Source: the human T2T-CHM13v2.0 reference genome, Homo sapiens
Strand: one strand, 5' to 3'
DNA length: 64,000 nucleotides
Assembly: GCF_009914755.1 (NCBI RefSeq)
Contig: NC_060930.1
Positions 29,486 through 44,943 of the stretch are shown piece by piece. Made by a program: the position numbers and the translations under genes. Every line of letters begins with the position of its first letter. Within the stretch, counting starts at the first letter, position 1. The notes under the pieces are model-generated. The model did no database searches. It was not told the DNA's origin and saw nothing but the letters and a program-made list of their open reading frames with translations.

Positions 29486-29609
29486 CTTTTTTAAAATTTT
29501 TATAGAGACAGGTTCTCACCATGTTTGCCAGGCTGTTCTTGAACTCCTGGCTTCAAGTGATCCTCCCAAAGTGCTGGGATTATGGGCATGAGCTATACTG
29601 CACCTGGCC
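29486..29609 (-). mobile_element. FLAM/Alu monomer
   Basis: Antisense left arm. Confidence 0.8.
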
Positions 29610-29685
29610 AGTTTTAATTTCCTTAAAGAGCTTGTTAGGAATTTGACAAAGCAATGAAATTACTTCTAAGATGTTTTCAAGGGTC

Positions 29686-29980
29686 GGCTGGGCACAGTGG
29701 CTCACGCCTGTAATCCCAGCACGTTGGGAGGCTGAGGCGGGTGGATCACTTGAGGTCGGGAGTTTGAGACCAGCCTGGCCAACGTGGTGAAACCCTGTCT
29801 CTATTAAAACTACAAAAATTAGCCGGTGTGGTGGCACATGCCTGTAATTCCAGCTACTCAGGAGGCTGAGGCAGGAGAATCACCTGAACTTGGGAGGTGA
29901 AGGATGCAGTGAGCTGAGATTGAGCTGCTGCACTCCAGCCTGGATGACAGAGCGAGATTCTGTCTCAAAAAAAAAAAAAA
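29686..29980 (+). mobile_element. AluS
   Basis: Full dimer. Confidence 0.9.
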
Positions 29981-30233
29981 GAAGCTTTCAAGTGCACATC
30001 CCAGTAATTTGTTTGAAAGAGGAATTGTGCAAAATATCTTTCCTGACAAATATAGTTTATGCCTTTGGATAGCTATTGTTAATGGATATCATTTATATAG
30101 TATATTTCCTTGGTTTCTGTTATTAATCATTTTTTAAATGTTTTTACTTGTTTGCTTGATACGTTAAATAGCTTTTGTCATTAAATTATTATTAATAAAA
30201 ATGGTGATGTAATATTGATGTATTATCTCATAG

Positions 30234-30338
30234 GTGTGAATGTCACAGATCATGATTTGACATTCGGAAGTCTAACAGAGGCCCTTCAGAATAATGTCAC
30301 ACCATATGTAGTCTCATTGCAAGCTAAAGATTGTCCAG
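30234..30338 (+). CDS. ORC3: ORC3 exon 5 (GVNVTDHD...AKDCP)
   Basis: ctcatag| acceptor, CAG|gtaaaa donor, 105 nt. Confidence 0.96.
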
Positions 30339-30845
30339 GTAAAATATAAATGCCATAATAACCTTGATGAGATGTTACAGACTTCTTTCATCCTTTCTCT
30401 CTTTTTCAGGCTTTCTTTATCCCTTTTTTTGGTGGAAAGAACACAGTGCTATGTTTTAGGCAGGGTGAGGTTTGGGGGCTCTCAGAGTAATTGTGACTAT
30501 TACAGAACTCTGCCTTCTTTTGCTGTCTTTGTTCTTGACCCATTTCTGCCCTATCAGCTTAACTGCCGGTAGCAGTCCAGGCATTTTGTGAGATGCATTC
30601 TTTAACCCAGTGAAACGTTTAATAAGTAGAAAGACTTAGGACAGAAAGCTGAGAATTGGGGAATGAGGAGCTCTTGTCAGCTCAAAAGAGAGTAGACCAC
30701 ATGGGCTCATGTTTCAGCCATAAATCATCTTATTGTCCCACTTTGAAAAGCCACCATGGTGAAAAATAGTCCACTGACAGAGGTAATCCTGAGCATGTGA
30801 ACCCATGAAATCATAAAGAGTGTTCACACTAATATATTAAAAAGC

Positions 30846-31167
30846 TTTTTTTTTTTTTCTTTTGAGACAGGGTCTCACTCTGTTGCCTAGGCTGTACTAC
30901 AGTAGCATGATCATAGCTCAGTGCAGCTTGAACTCCTGGCCTCAAGCAGTTCTCCCACTTCAGCTTCCCCAGTACCTAGGACTACAGGTGCATGCCATTA
31001 CGCTCAGCTACATCAGCTACATTGTGGGGTTTTGTTGTTGTTGTTGTTTGTAGAGATTGGGTCTTGCTGTGTTGTCCAGACTGGTCTTGAACTCCTGGGC
31101 TCAAACAATCCTCCTGCCTTGGCTTCCCAAAGTGCTGGGATTACATCTTGAGTCACCATGCCTGGCC
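30846..31167 (-). mobile_element. AluJ
   Basis: Diverged dimer. Confidence 0.87.
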
Positions 31168-31462
31168 CTAATGTGGTAAAATTTGTTTGGATTAGATTGA
31201 TAAAAGAGATTTATGTGCTTATATTGCTTTCATATTCATAAACTGATTGAAATTAAGTAAAAGCCCTTAAAGGCATCTTTAAAAATGGCTATATGAAAGA
31301 TTTATAATCAGTAAAATAATTCATATGACACTTGATTTTTCTTAGGGAACTTGAAAACTGTTTATTTTCCTATGTAATTTAAATACATATTCCTAAAATT
31401 TATAGTTTGCATATCTACACATTTGCTTCTGTGACCTTTTTATTATAGATAATATACATAAA

Positions 31463-31760
31463 TGGCTGGGAGCAGTGTTTGATGCTTGTAATCCCAGCAC
31501 TTTGGGAGGCTGAGGCAGGCAGATCATGAGGTGAGGAGTTCGAGACCAGCCTGGCCAACATGGCAAAACCCCGTCTCTACTAAAAAATACAAAAATTAGC
31601 TGGGTATGGTGGCACGCGCCTGTAATCCCAGCTACTGGGGAGGCTTGAGGCAGGAGAATTGCTTGAACCCGGGAGGCAGAGGTTGTATTGAGCCGAGATC
31701 CTGCCACTGTACTCCAGCCTGGGCAACAGAGCGAGACTCCATCTCAAAAAAAAAAAATAA
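31463..31760 (+). mobile_element. AluS
   Basis: TSD agataatatacataa. Confidence 0.9.
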
Positions 31761-31986
31761 AGATAATATACATAAGCTTTGGTTTAGTCTTAGTCTGAAT
31801 TAATGAAGGTACTAATGAGCATCAGTAGTTAATATGTTAAATGTTACATTAGCTGTATTGATGGTAAGTATAAAAAAACACATTCTACCAAAAAAAAAGT
31901 AATACACTCAGCAAGAAGTTTCAAGAGCTTTGGTTTTATTTTTAGAAGAGGCAGAGATAAGCTTTCTTACTTTTTATATTCCACAG

Positions 31987-32138
31987 ATATGAAACATTTT
32001 TTGCAAAAGTTGATCTCACAGTTGATGGACTGCTGTGTAGATATAAAATCCAAAGAGGAGGAAAGTGTTCACGTCACCCAAAGAAAGACACATTATTCAA
32101 TGGATTCACTTTCCAGTTGGTATATGACTGTCACACAG
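31987..32138 (+). CDS. ORC3: ORC3 exon 6 (DMKHFLQK...YMTVTQ)
   Basis: ttccacag| acceptor, CAG|gtagat donor, 152 nt. Confidence 0.96.
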
Positions 32139-33409
32139 GTAGATATAAACTGATGATTTTCTCCCAGGAAATTGACGTATGATTGATGTGGCTTGGAATA
32201 ATATTAGACAGTACTGTTTTGATCTAACAAGGATATGTTTCTGCAGCACTAGGTGTTAATTTAAAAGTAGCTATTTATTTTTTCTAATGCTACTCGAATT
32301 TTAAAATGTTCTTTTATTAGTATGCAGCCTAATTCCAGGTAAGTGCTTAGGTTTTTACAAGGACATATTATTTGTTGGAGAATGTCCTCTAATGACAAAA
32401 ACAGAGCATCAGGAATTGCTTCTGTTGCATGTTCCATCTCTGTGACAGTAACTATAACTTTAGTATATTATCTCTTATGTTCCTCAATGTTTGCTTTGTC
32501 CAATAGAACCATGCTGCTAGTATCCACTGTCAACTTAGTTCAATGAAGAATAATCATGTATTTTCTAAAGTCTAATTTGTTTTATGTTTAGAGTTCTTAG
32601 GGAATCAGTGTTCTTTAAGTAAAGTATGTTAGACAAACAGATAAGTAAAAAGAAGTTCCATTCTACCATGACAGTCTGGTGAAAAATAATAACCTAGGTT
32701 AACACTAGGTAATTGCGTCATAAAACCATAGTCTTAGGTTATGGTGCTGTGTAGCCAGACAGTATGGGAAAAAAAATACTGTGGTTACATTTTCCAATCA
32801 ACATTTTTGCTGAAATCATCGTAAGTGAAGTTTCATTTTGCTTGATATAGGGACTAAACTACGTCTAATACTTACCATAATACCTGATTTGCTCCACAAT
32901 TTTAGACTTTCCAGATAAAATGCTACTTTTGGTTTATGTCAGATATCTTTTTAAAAATTGAGATTGGACCAGATGATACCTAGTATCCATTTCAGGCTTG
33001 AAATTTCACAGTGGCAGAGTAGCAAGCACTACTATTCATTATATTTTTTTCATTAAAAATACTAGTTCTCACTATAAAGCAAAGCAGAATATAACTTTCT
33101 ACCAACAGAAAAATCAATTTTGTAGAAAATTTCCTCTTCCATGTTTTTTTCTGTCATTTCCTTAGCAGAAAATATAAATATTTCATATGAGTTATAGATT
33201 TTTACTGAACCTTTTTCTTCTTGGTTATTATTCCCATGTCAGACACAGCAAGATTCTAGTAACCTGAGTTTCTATTTATCGTGTGGTAGAAAAAAAATAA
33301 ACAGTGTTATTGTGAAATTTAAAGAGAGATATGTCAACATGTGGCATTATAACATTGTTTGAGTGGTAAGGCTTACCTTTAACTCTTTCTTTCTGCAATG
33401 GCTTAAAAG

Positions 33410-33543
33410 AAGACGGACCCAAAAATGCTAAGCAAAAAAAGGACTACTTCTAGCCAATGGCAGTCTCCTCCTGTTGTCGTTATCTTGAAGGATATGGAAA
33501 GCTTTGCCACAAAAGTACTACAAGACTTCATAATTATCAGCAG
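33410..33543 (+). CDS. ORC3: ORC3 exon 7 (KTDPKMLS...[11 protein letters not shown]...IIIS)
   Basis: aaag| acceptor, CAG|gtagat donor, 134 nt; degenerate Walker-[10 protein letters not shown]. Confidence 0.94.
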
Positions 33544-33829
33544 GTAGATGGTGTATTACCTGGCTTTTATGAAAAACTCCCTTTTTAAGAAAATACTACT
33601 TTTAACTTGAAAAGTATAATCTTCATTTTAATACCAACTGGATAAAAATCAAAGTATTCAAATTCTTTATAATTGAATATTCAAAGACTTCCTATCAGAT
33701 TTTCCATTTGCTTTTTGAGCCAAGAATGAGAATCAAAGGCACATTTAGCCAGTTTTAAATTGACATGGTAAGATAGTATTAAATATGGTTTTTCTCACCA
33801 AGATTGACTGTCTCTTACTCACCCATTAA

Positions 33830-34169
<340 letters not shown>

Positions 34170-34505
34170 TGAGATTTTTATTAGGTCTTATTTTCTGATA
34201 CCCATCCATCCTTAGATGCTCTGAGTTGCATATAGTTTTACTAAGCAAAAGTGTCTTCTAAATAACATTATTTTGCATTTATATAATACTTCTAGTGAGA
34301 AACTATTTTCACGATTGCATTGCGTCTTCAAAGCAATCATGTGAGACTCAGAATTGAAATAATGAACTCTTATTTTAAAATCCAGTGACATGCATTTTCC
34401 CTGGTGTATTTTTTAGGATGGAATTTATTTTGGCCTCTTCTATATGTCAACTTGTTTTAATAGTTATAGCTACATTTGCCTAAAGCTATATATTGTGTTA
34501 AATAA

Positions 34506-34834
<329 letters not shown>

Positions 34835-34853
34835 AATTTACTAATATACTTTA

Positions 34854-35166
<313 letters not shown>

Positions 35167-35250
35167 TACTAATATACTTTAAATTTCTACTTTGATAGGA
35201 TCTTTTTTCCTTCATTGATTCTAAGAGTTCTATATACTAGGACTTTTCTT

Positions 35251-35552
35251 TTTTTTTTTTTTTTTTTTTGAGACAGGGTCTGGCTCTGTCACCCAGGCTA
35301 GAGCGCAGTGACATGATCTTGGCTCACTGCACCCTCCACCTCCTGGGCTTAAGCAGTCCTCCCTTCTCAGGTCCCCAAGTAGCTAGGACTATAGGCACAC
35401 ACCACCATGCCCGGCTAATTTTTGTATTTTTTGTAGAGATGGGGTTTTGCCGTGTTGCCCAGGCTGGTCTCAAACTCTTGGCCTCAAGAGATCTGCCCTC
35501 CTCAGTCTCCCAACGTGCTGGGATTACAGACATGAACCATCGCACCCAGCCC
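35251..35552 (-). mobile_element. AluJ
   Basis: TSD ctaggacttttctt. Confidence 0.87.
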
Positions 35553-35818
35553 AGATCCTAGGACTTGCATGAACCATTGCACCCAGCCCAGATCCTAGGA
35601 CTTTTCTTAATGCTGACACTGAACTGCTTAGCATGCTTGGAAAGTACATAGTACAAAATAGTGACAGAAAAGCTGTACTTTTTTTTGGAGCTTAGACTTA
35701 ATGACTACCTTAGCCATCAAAAGTGAGGAAGACTATAGAAAGGGCTCAAACTTTGAATGAGATATTAAATGGAATGGTATCTAACATCTCTTCTAACACT
35801 TAAGATTGTATAATCTTC

Positions 35819-36195
<377 letters not shown>

Positions 36196-36403
36196 TCAAA
36201 GCTAGACTGTCTGGAAAGTAATTATTTCTCTGTTTAATAGAAGAAAGTGAAAGACTTAGAAAATTTTAGTGTTTGCAATGATAATCCTTAACAGTGTCTT
36301 ATAAAGTAAGCATTAAAATAAAGTTTGTCTTATGTTGAAATATGATGTATTGAAATATATTTGCTAAATAAATTTCACTTTTGTGTCTGTCTTTCAAAAC
36401 TAG

Positions 36404-36563
36404 TCAACATCTCCATGAATTTCCACTAATACTCATTTTTGGAATAGCCACATCTCCTATTATCATCCACCGATTGCTTCCTCATGCAGTATCATCTCTA
36501 TTGTGCATAGAACTGTTCCAATCTTTGTCTTGTAAGGAGCACCTGACTACGGTACTCGATAAG
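36404..36563 (+). CDS. ORC3: ORC3 exon 8 ([18 protein letters not shown]...VLDK)
   Basis: aactag| acceptor, AAG|gtaaaa donor, 160 nt; lies within ORF 36381..36599. Confidence 0.96.
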
Positions 36564-36864
36564 GTAAAAAGAATAAGTTTTACCAGTGAAATAGGATGAA
36601 AAGAAAACTGCCAATAATAGATTGTTAAGATAACTGTTAACAATAAGCCTCTACAACTCTCTGAGTACTATATTGAACATATTCCTTCACATACTTTAAT
36701 ATTTTTACTTAATAATTTTTGTAGTGTTTTATAGTTTTACAGTGATTTTGTATATTACCTCTTCAGGTAAAATATAAGCTTTATGAAAAGAGTGATCATA
36801 TCTCTCTATGTACTTAATCTCTTTATATCTTTACTCAATAGAAAATTATAGGTTTATAATGTAA

Positions 36865-37241
<377 letters not shown>

Positions 37242-37392
37242 TAAAATGATTTGAAGTTTTTAGTGGACTGTTTCCTAACTGATTTGTCATGCTGCTCTTG
37301 ACAACAAATACTAACATTTTCCTAGACCTTAGCAACTAAAGTTAATTAACTATGTTTCTACATAAATGCAAGTATGATTCTTTAATATTGAC

Positions 37393-39663
37393 TGTATTAG
37401 TCTGTTCTCACGCTGCTGATAAAGACACACCTGAGACTGGGCAATTTACAAAAGAAAGAGGTTTAATGGACTCATAGTTCCACTTGGCTGGGGAGGCCTC
37501 ACAATCATGGTGGAAGGCAAGGAGGAGCAAGTCACATCTTACATAGATGGCAGCAGGCAAAGTGAGAGAGCTTGTACAGGGGAACTCCTCTTTATAAAAC
37601 CATCAGATCTCATGAGACTTATTCACTATCATGAGAACAGCACAGGAAAGACTTGCTCCCATGATTCAATTACCGCCCACCAGGTCCCTCCCATAGCACT
37701 TGGGAATTCAAGATGAGATTTGGGTGGGGACACAGCCAAACCATATCATTCTGCCCCTGGCCCCTCCCAAATCACATGTCCTCACATTTCAAAACCAATC
37801 ATGCCTTCCCAACAGTCCCCCAAAGTCCTAACTCATTTCAGCATTAACTCAATAGTCCACAGTCCAAAGTCTCATCCGAGACAAGGCAAGTCCCTTCTGC
37901 CTATGAGCCTGTAGAATCAAAAGCAAGTTAGTTACTTCCTAGATACAATGGGGGTACAGGCATTGGGTAAATACAGCCATTCCAAATGGGAGAAATTGGC
38001 CAAAACAAAGGAGTTACAGGCCCCATGCAAATCTGAAATCCAGCGAGGTAGTCAAGTCTTACAGCTCCAGATGATCTCCTTTGACTCCATTTCTCACATC
38101 CAGGTCATGCTGATGCAAGAGGTGGGTTCCCATGGTCTTTGGCAGCTTCACCCCTGTTGCTTTGCAGGTTACAGCCTCCCTCCTGGCTGCCTTCATGGGC
38201 TGGTGTTAAGTGTCTGCAGCTTTTCCAGGCACACGGTGCAAGCTGTTGGTGGATCTACCATTCTGGGGTGTAGAGGATGGTAGCCCTTTTCTCACAGCTC
38301 CACTAGGCAGTGCCCCAGTAAGGACTCTGTGTGGGGACTCCAACCCCACATTTCCCTTTCACACTGCCCTAGCAGAGGTTCTCCATGAGGACCCTGCCCC
38401 TACAGCAAACTTCTGCCTGGACACCCAGGCTTTTCCATACATCTTCTGAAATCTAGACGGAGGTTCCCACACCCTAGTTCTGTGCACTCACAGGCTCAAC
38501 ACGATGTGGAAGCTGCCAGGGCTTGGGGCTTGCACTCTCTGAAGCCGTGGCCCGAACTTTGTGTTGGCCCTTTTCAGCCACAGCTGGAGTGGCTAGGACA
38601 CAGCACCAATTTCCTAAGCTGCACACAGCACGGGGACTCTGGGCCCAGCCCGTGAAATCGCTTTTGCCTCCTAGGTCTCCAGGCTTGTGATGGGAGGGGC
38701 TGCCATGAAGACCTCTGACATGCCCTGGAGATATTTTCCCCATTGTTTTGGGGATTAACGTTTGGCTCTTTGTTACTTACGGAAATTTCTGCAGCTGACT
38801 TGAATTTCTCCTCAGAAATGGGATTTTCTTTTCTATCTCATTGTCAGGCTGCAAATTTTCCAAACTTTTATGCCCTGCTTCCCTCATAAAATGGAATGCC
38901 TTTAACAGAACTCAAGTCACCTCTTGAATGCCTTGCTGCTTAGAAATTTGTTCCTCAGGATACCCAAAATCATCTCCCTCAAGTTCAAAGTTCCACAAAT
39001 CTCTGGGGCAGGGGCAAAATGCCGCCAGTCTCTTTGCTAAAACATAACAAGAGTCACCTTTGCTCCAGTTTCCAACAAGTTTGTCATCTCCATCTGAGAC
39101 CCCCTCAGCCTGTTTCATTGTCCATATCATTATCAGCATTTTGGTCAAAGACATTCAATAAGTCTCTAGGTAGTTCCAAACTTTCCCACATTTTCCTGTC
39201 TTCTGAGCCCTCCAAACTGTTCCAACCTCTGCCTGTCATCCAGTTCCAAAGTCACTTCCACATTTTTGGGTATCTTTTCAGCAGTGCCCCACTCTACTGG
39301 TACCAATTTACTGTATTAGTCTGTTCTCACACCGCTGATAAAGACATAGGCGAGACTGGGCAATTTACAAAAGAAAGAGGTTTAATGGACTCAGTTCCAC
39401 ATGGCTGGGGAGGCCTCAATCATGGTGGAAGGCAAGGAGGAACAAATCACATCTTACATGGCTGGTAGCAGGCAAAGAGAGAGAGCTTGTGCAGGGGAAC
39501 TCCTCTTTATAAAACCATCAGGTTTCATAAGACTTATTCACTGTCATGAGAACAGCATGGGAAAGACTTTTCCCCATGATTCAGTTACCTCCCACCAGGT
39601 CCCTCCCACAGCACTTGGGAATTCAAGATGGGATTTGGGTGGGGACACAGCCAAACCATATCA
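37393..39663 (-). mobile_element. Full-length THE1B-like MaLR element (3' LTR 37393-37748, internal 37749-39311, 5' LTR 39312-39663)
   Basis: Two ~355-bp direct repeats TGTATTAG...CCATATCA, ~1.56-kb internal region, PPT next to the left LTR, perfect TSD TTGAC (37388-37392 and 39664-39668). Confidence 0.95.
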
Positions 39664-39834
39664 TTGACCTTCCCCAAATTGCTTCTGGACTCACCTCCTT
39701 TAAGATGTGCTTTATGCTGCTTATTTAAGGTAAACTAAAAACAACCTGCCCACTAGCCACTTACACATGGGTTTTAGTGTTTTTCTTTTTTTCCATAAAG
39801 GTGATTTATAGACACTTTAAGGAAAATGTTTTCA

Positions 39835-40028
<194 letters not shown>

Positions 40029-40629
40029 ACTTGGTTATAGCCAAGTTCAATTGGCCTTTTACAACTATGCTTCTGTTTAAGAAGCCTTGTGTGACTTTTC
40101 ATTTCCAGATGTAAAACATCACTATAGACAATTGAAAATTAGCCAAATAATACAAATTCAGCTATTCTATACTTTTGAAATAGACATCTGTGAAATAGAC
40201 ATTTGTGTTTCTCATTCAACAATACATAATATATTACTCTTCATTAATTTGAATCAGTAGTAATGAAAAAAATCTCATCTGGTAATAAGAATTGCCAAAG
40301 CCTGCAGCTTCTTCAGTGGTTTCTGGTGAGGAAAAAAAAAAAGGATGATATAGTTAATAGGTGGTATTTTTTTTTAATTAGGAATTTGATGGAAGATGGT
40401 ATAGATCTTTGGTTCTGAAGATACAGTATAAGTAGCTTCTTTTTGTTACTCTTGTATAAATTAACTTAAAATTTTTGTTGACATTTGAGCTTAAAAAACT
40501 AGCTATTATTGCAGCTTTCATAGTTAACTGTGTCATAATATCATTCTTTGCCTCATTATTAATACTTAGTATTTATGAAGAGTGAAGACTAACAAGGAGT
40601 GTGTCCCCCTCCCTTTTAATCTCTTTCAG

Positions 40630-40743
40630 CTACTTCTTACAACTCAGTTTCCCTTTAAAATAAATGAAAAAGTATTACAGGTTCTGACCAACATCTTTTT
40701 GTATCATGATTTCTCAGTTCAAAACTTTATAAAAGGACTTCAG
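40630..40743 (+). CDS. ORC3: ORC3 exon 9 (LLLTTQFPF...FIKGLQ)
   Basis: ctctttcag| acceptor, CAG|gtaaga donor, 114 nt. Confidence 0.96.
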
Positions 40744-41110
40744 GTAAGAACACAGTAATGGGTTTGAAAATTCTCAAGCTGATTCTAAATAATTTGCACA
40801 TTATTTCAGGCTGTCTAGTGTGATAGGCATTTTAAATGGCAAAATCTAGAATAAGTAAATTCCAGTTATTTTATTCTAGGTTCTACAATTCCTTTGTTAC
40901 CTTGCAGCAAACTGTAGAGAATGCACTCATTAGGATATCAATAATGGGAAAAGACTTCTATTCCAGCAATTCTTAACCATTTTGGGGGTAGGGGCAAGCG
41001 GACTTTTTTGGTTTGTTTCCGAGACTCTCATGAGAGCTTATGGACTTTTTCTACCAAGGAAATGCTATATATAAGGGGTCAGCAAACTTCTGTAAAGGGC
41101 CAGATATTAA

Positions 41111-41413
<303 letters not shown>

Positions 41414-41768
41414 ATTTTTAGCTTTGCATGCTACATGTGGTCACTGCTGTTGCTGTTTCTGTTTCTTCTTCTTTAATAATCCTTTAAAGATATAAAAAAG
41501 GTTTTTAGTTTCTGGACCATGCATGTGTGTGTGTGTGTGTGTCTCTGTAATTTGTATTCTGATACATTGGGAATTCATTTTCACTAGTTTCATGAATTGC
41601 CTGAAGCTAATTCAGGAATTTAGCTTCATGATATATGCTGTAACCTAAAAAAGATCCCCATTCTCCAGTTGTTTAAAAGTTAGTATTATTTCCTTTTCTT
41701 GGAAGCTACATAAGTGTAGTCATTTTGAATACATGCCAGTTGTCTAGTTCATTAAAACCTATGTATTA

Positions 41769-42068
41769 TGCCAGGCACGGTGGCTCATGCGTATAATCCC
41801 AGCATTTTAGGAAGTCAAGGTGGGAGGATCACTTGAGCTTAGTAGTTTGAGACCAGCCTGAACAACATAATGCAGCCTCATCTCTATTAAAAATAAAAAA
41901 TAAGCCAGGCGTGGTGGCTTATTTATAGAGTCCCACGTCCTCGGGAGGGTGAGGTGGGAGAATCACATGAGCCTGGGAAGTCAAGGCTGCAGTGAGCCAT
42001 AATTGTGTCACTGCACTCTAGCCTGGGTGACAGAGCAAGAGACCTGTCTCTATAAAAAACAAACAAAA
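41769..42068 (+). mobile_element. AluJ
   Basis: Diverged dimer. Confidence 0.87.
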
Positions 42069-42444
42069 TTCTGATTTTAAAAACCTATATATGTATTAGT
42101 AACCTTTGGTGCAAAAATTCAATTTGATAATACTTCATTTTGTGTAGTGCCTTGAAGATTATAAATTATTTCTCATGTTTCCTTCCTTCAAAAAAAGATT
42201 GCAGTGGTTTCTTTGGCTAATATGTATCTTTTCCTCCCAACTTTGACTTTTTAAAGAGTATTTTAAAAGAATAAAGCATTATTTACCTTAGGAATATGTA
42301 GAATTAAATGATATTAAGATTAAACTTTCTAAATTATTTCTTTAATTTCATTTCATTCATTTACTCATAAATACTTGTCAAGAACCTATTGTCAACCAAG
42401 CACTATGCTGAACCCTGAAGATACAGATAAAAATGAAATCTCTG

Positions 42445-42747
42445 GGCTGGGCGCGGTGGCTCACGCCTATAATCCCAGCACTTGGGGAGGCCGAGGCAGG
42501 CAGATCATGATATCAGGAGTTCGAGGCCAGCCTGGCCAACATGGTGAAACCCTGTCTCTACTAAAAATACAAAAAATTAGCCAGGCATGGTGGCGCATGC
42601 CTCTAATCCCAGCTACTTGGGGGGCTGAGGCAGGAGATCACCTAAACCTGGGAGGTGGAGGTTGTAGTGAGCGAGTGAGCGGAGATCATGCCACTGCACT
42701 CCAGCCTGGGCAACAGTGTGAGGCTCCATCTCAAAAAAAAAAAAAAA
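42445..42747 (+). mobile_element. AluS within an L2 relic
   Basis: TSD gaaatctctg. Confidence 0.9.
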
Positions 42748-43706
42748 GAAATCTCTGCCTTCAAATTGTTATTTGTTTAATGATGGAGGCAAAACAGTAA
42801 ACCCACAAATCTGAGTAGTCAGTGCTATGAAAGAAACATGCCCTGGGGTTCCATAGGAAAACAGAAGTGTATGCCTAAGAAATAGGAGCGAGCCAGGTCA
42901 GAATTTCAGGCAAAAGCAACAGTAGGGGAAGAGAGATCTGTTAGAATGCTATTGCAGTAATCTAGACAGGACATGACAAGGACTTAAATAAACTAAGGTA
43001 ATGGTAGTGGAACTGGAGAGGAGGAAACAAATTTGAGGATGAGATCGAATAAAAAAACCTAGTGACTAAGTAGGTCATAGGATGTTCTGTTGTTTTTTTT
43101 TTTCTTACTTGACTTGAAGCTGAAAGGTTAAGAGAGGAGTAAGATGACACAGGCTCTAGCTTGGCAGATTGGAGGTTAGTACCGTTTATTAACTGTACAT
43201 GTTAATACATAGCAAAGAGCAAGGTTGTTGTGAGAAAAGGATGAGTTTCTTTTTGTATCTGGTTAATTTAGGGGTGTGTTAGACATAAAGATTTTGTGCT
43301 CAGGAGAAAGATTTGGACTGGAAATAGATATTTAGGACTTATCCTTAAAAGGTGGCAGTTAAAATAATGTTATGAGGATGAAATGTCAGCTAGAGGGAGT
43401 AAGGAAAGGCTAAGGGCAGCACCTTAAGACAAACTGACCTGTAAAACTGAGCAGTAGAAAAGGAGACTAAAAACAAGGAGAACCGGTAGAAAGTGGAGTA
43501 CCACTGAAGCCAAGGGAAAAAGAGATTCAGGAAATAGAAACTGTACTCTAAATACCTTGAGACAGAAAGTAAAGGACATTAACCAAGTTACTTAATCTCT
43601 CAGGGTCTCAGTTTTCTCATTTGTAAAATAAAGCAATCAGATTAGATGATTTTATGGTTTCCTGATAATTTATTAAGCACTTCCTTTATGCTTGACACTT
43701 TACTAA

Positions 43707-44240
<534 letters not shown>

Positions 44241-44943
44241 TGAGCTCAAGCGATCTTCCATCTTAGTTTCCTGAGTAACTAGGACTATGTAATTCCTGAT
44301 TTCCATAGGATGTACAGCAGGACATATTATCATTCTGTGTGTTTTAGCCTTCCCTTCATTAGGTGGATATGTTAACCAACTTGTTGATTGACCCAGATAT
44401 TGAAAACACACTTGAACAAAATAGTTAAGTGATAATGGGTTCATATCCTATTTGTAGCTCTACTGTAACTTCTGTGGCTTCCTCCCATTCCTCTTCCGCA
44501 GCAAGCCCCTTAGCCTGTTTAGTTTTTATTTTTCTCATGTCCGAAAAGTACTGTTAACATTGGGATAAGCATTATCACTTTGACATAATTAGAAAAGAGA
44601 AGAAACAAAATTATGTTAATATGTGCAAAAGTAATTTAGCACCTGGCATAAACAGTTGCTTTCTATTTTGTACTTGTTTCTAAGTTAGGCAGGCCCTTTG
44701 CCTTACAGCCTTAGAGAATGGACTATTTTGGAAGATTTCCTCTAGCCTTGGGTATCTTGTTGTCAGCATTATGAACTCAGAAATTCATTATCAGTTCCCC
44801 CAGGAAGGATCAAGCCCAAGATTATTGATTCATCCCAAACAAATACCTTAAGATGGATATGTAACCTAACATGCTAATTTATTAATTTGTGATGAGGAGT
44901 GACCAGTATCAGGGTACCTGAAAATACCAAACTGGTCAAGCAA

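Noticed and set aside
33373-33385. U12-type branch-like sequence (ACCTTTAAC) before exon 7
   Set aside because: The upstream donor is GTAGAT, not RTATCCTT, and none of the 13 ORC3 donors here is U12-type.
37507-39728. Cluster of ORFs of 60-150 aa
   Set aside because: All lie in THE1B LTR/internal sequence; no intact retroviral gene.
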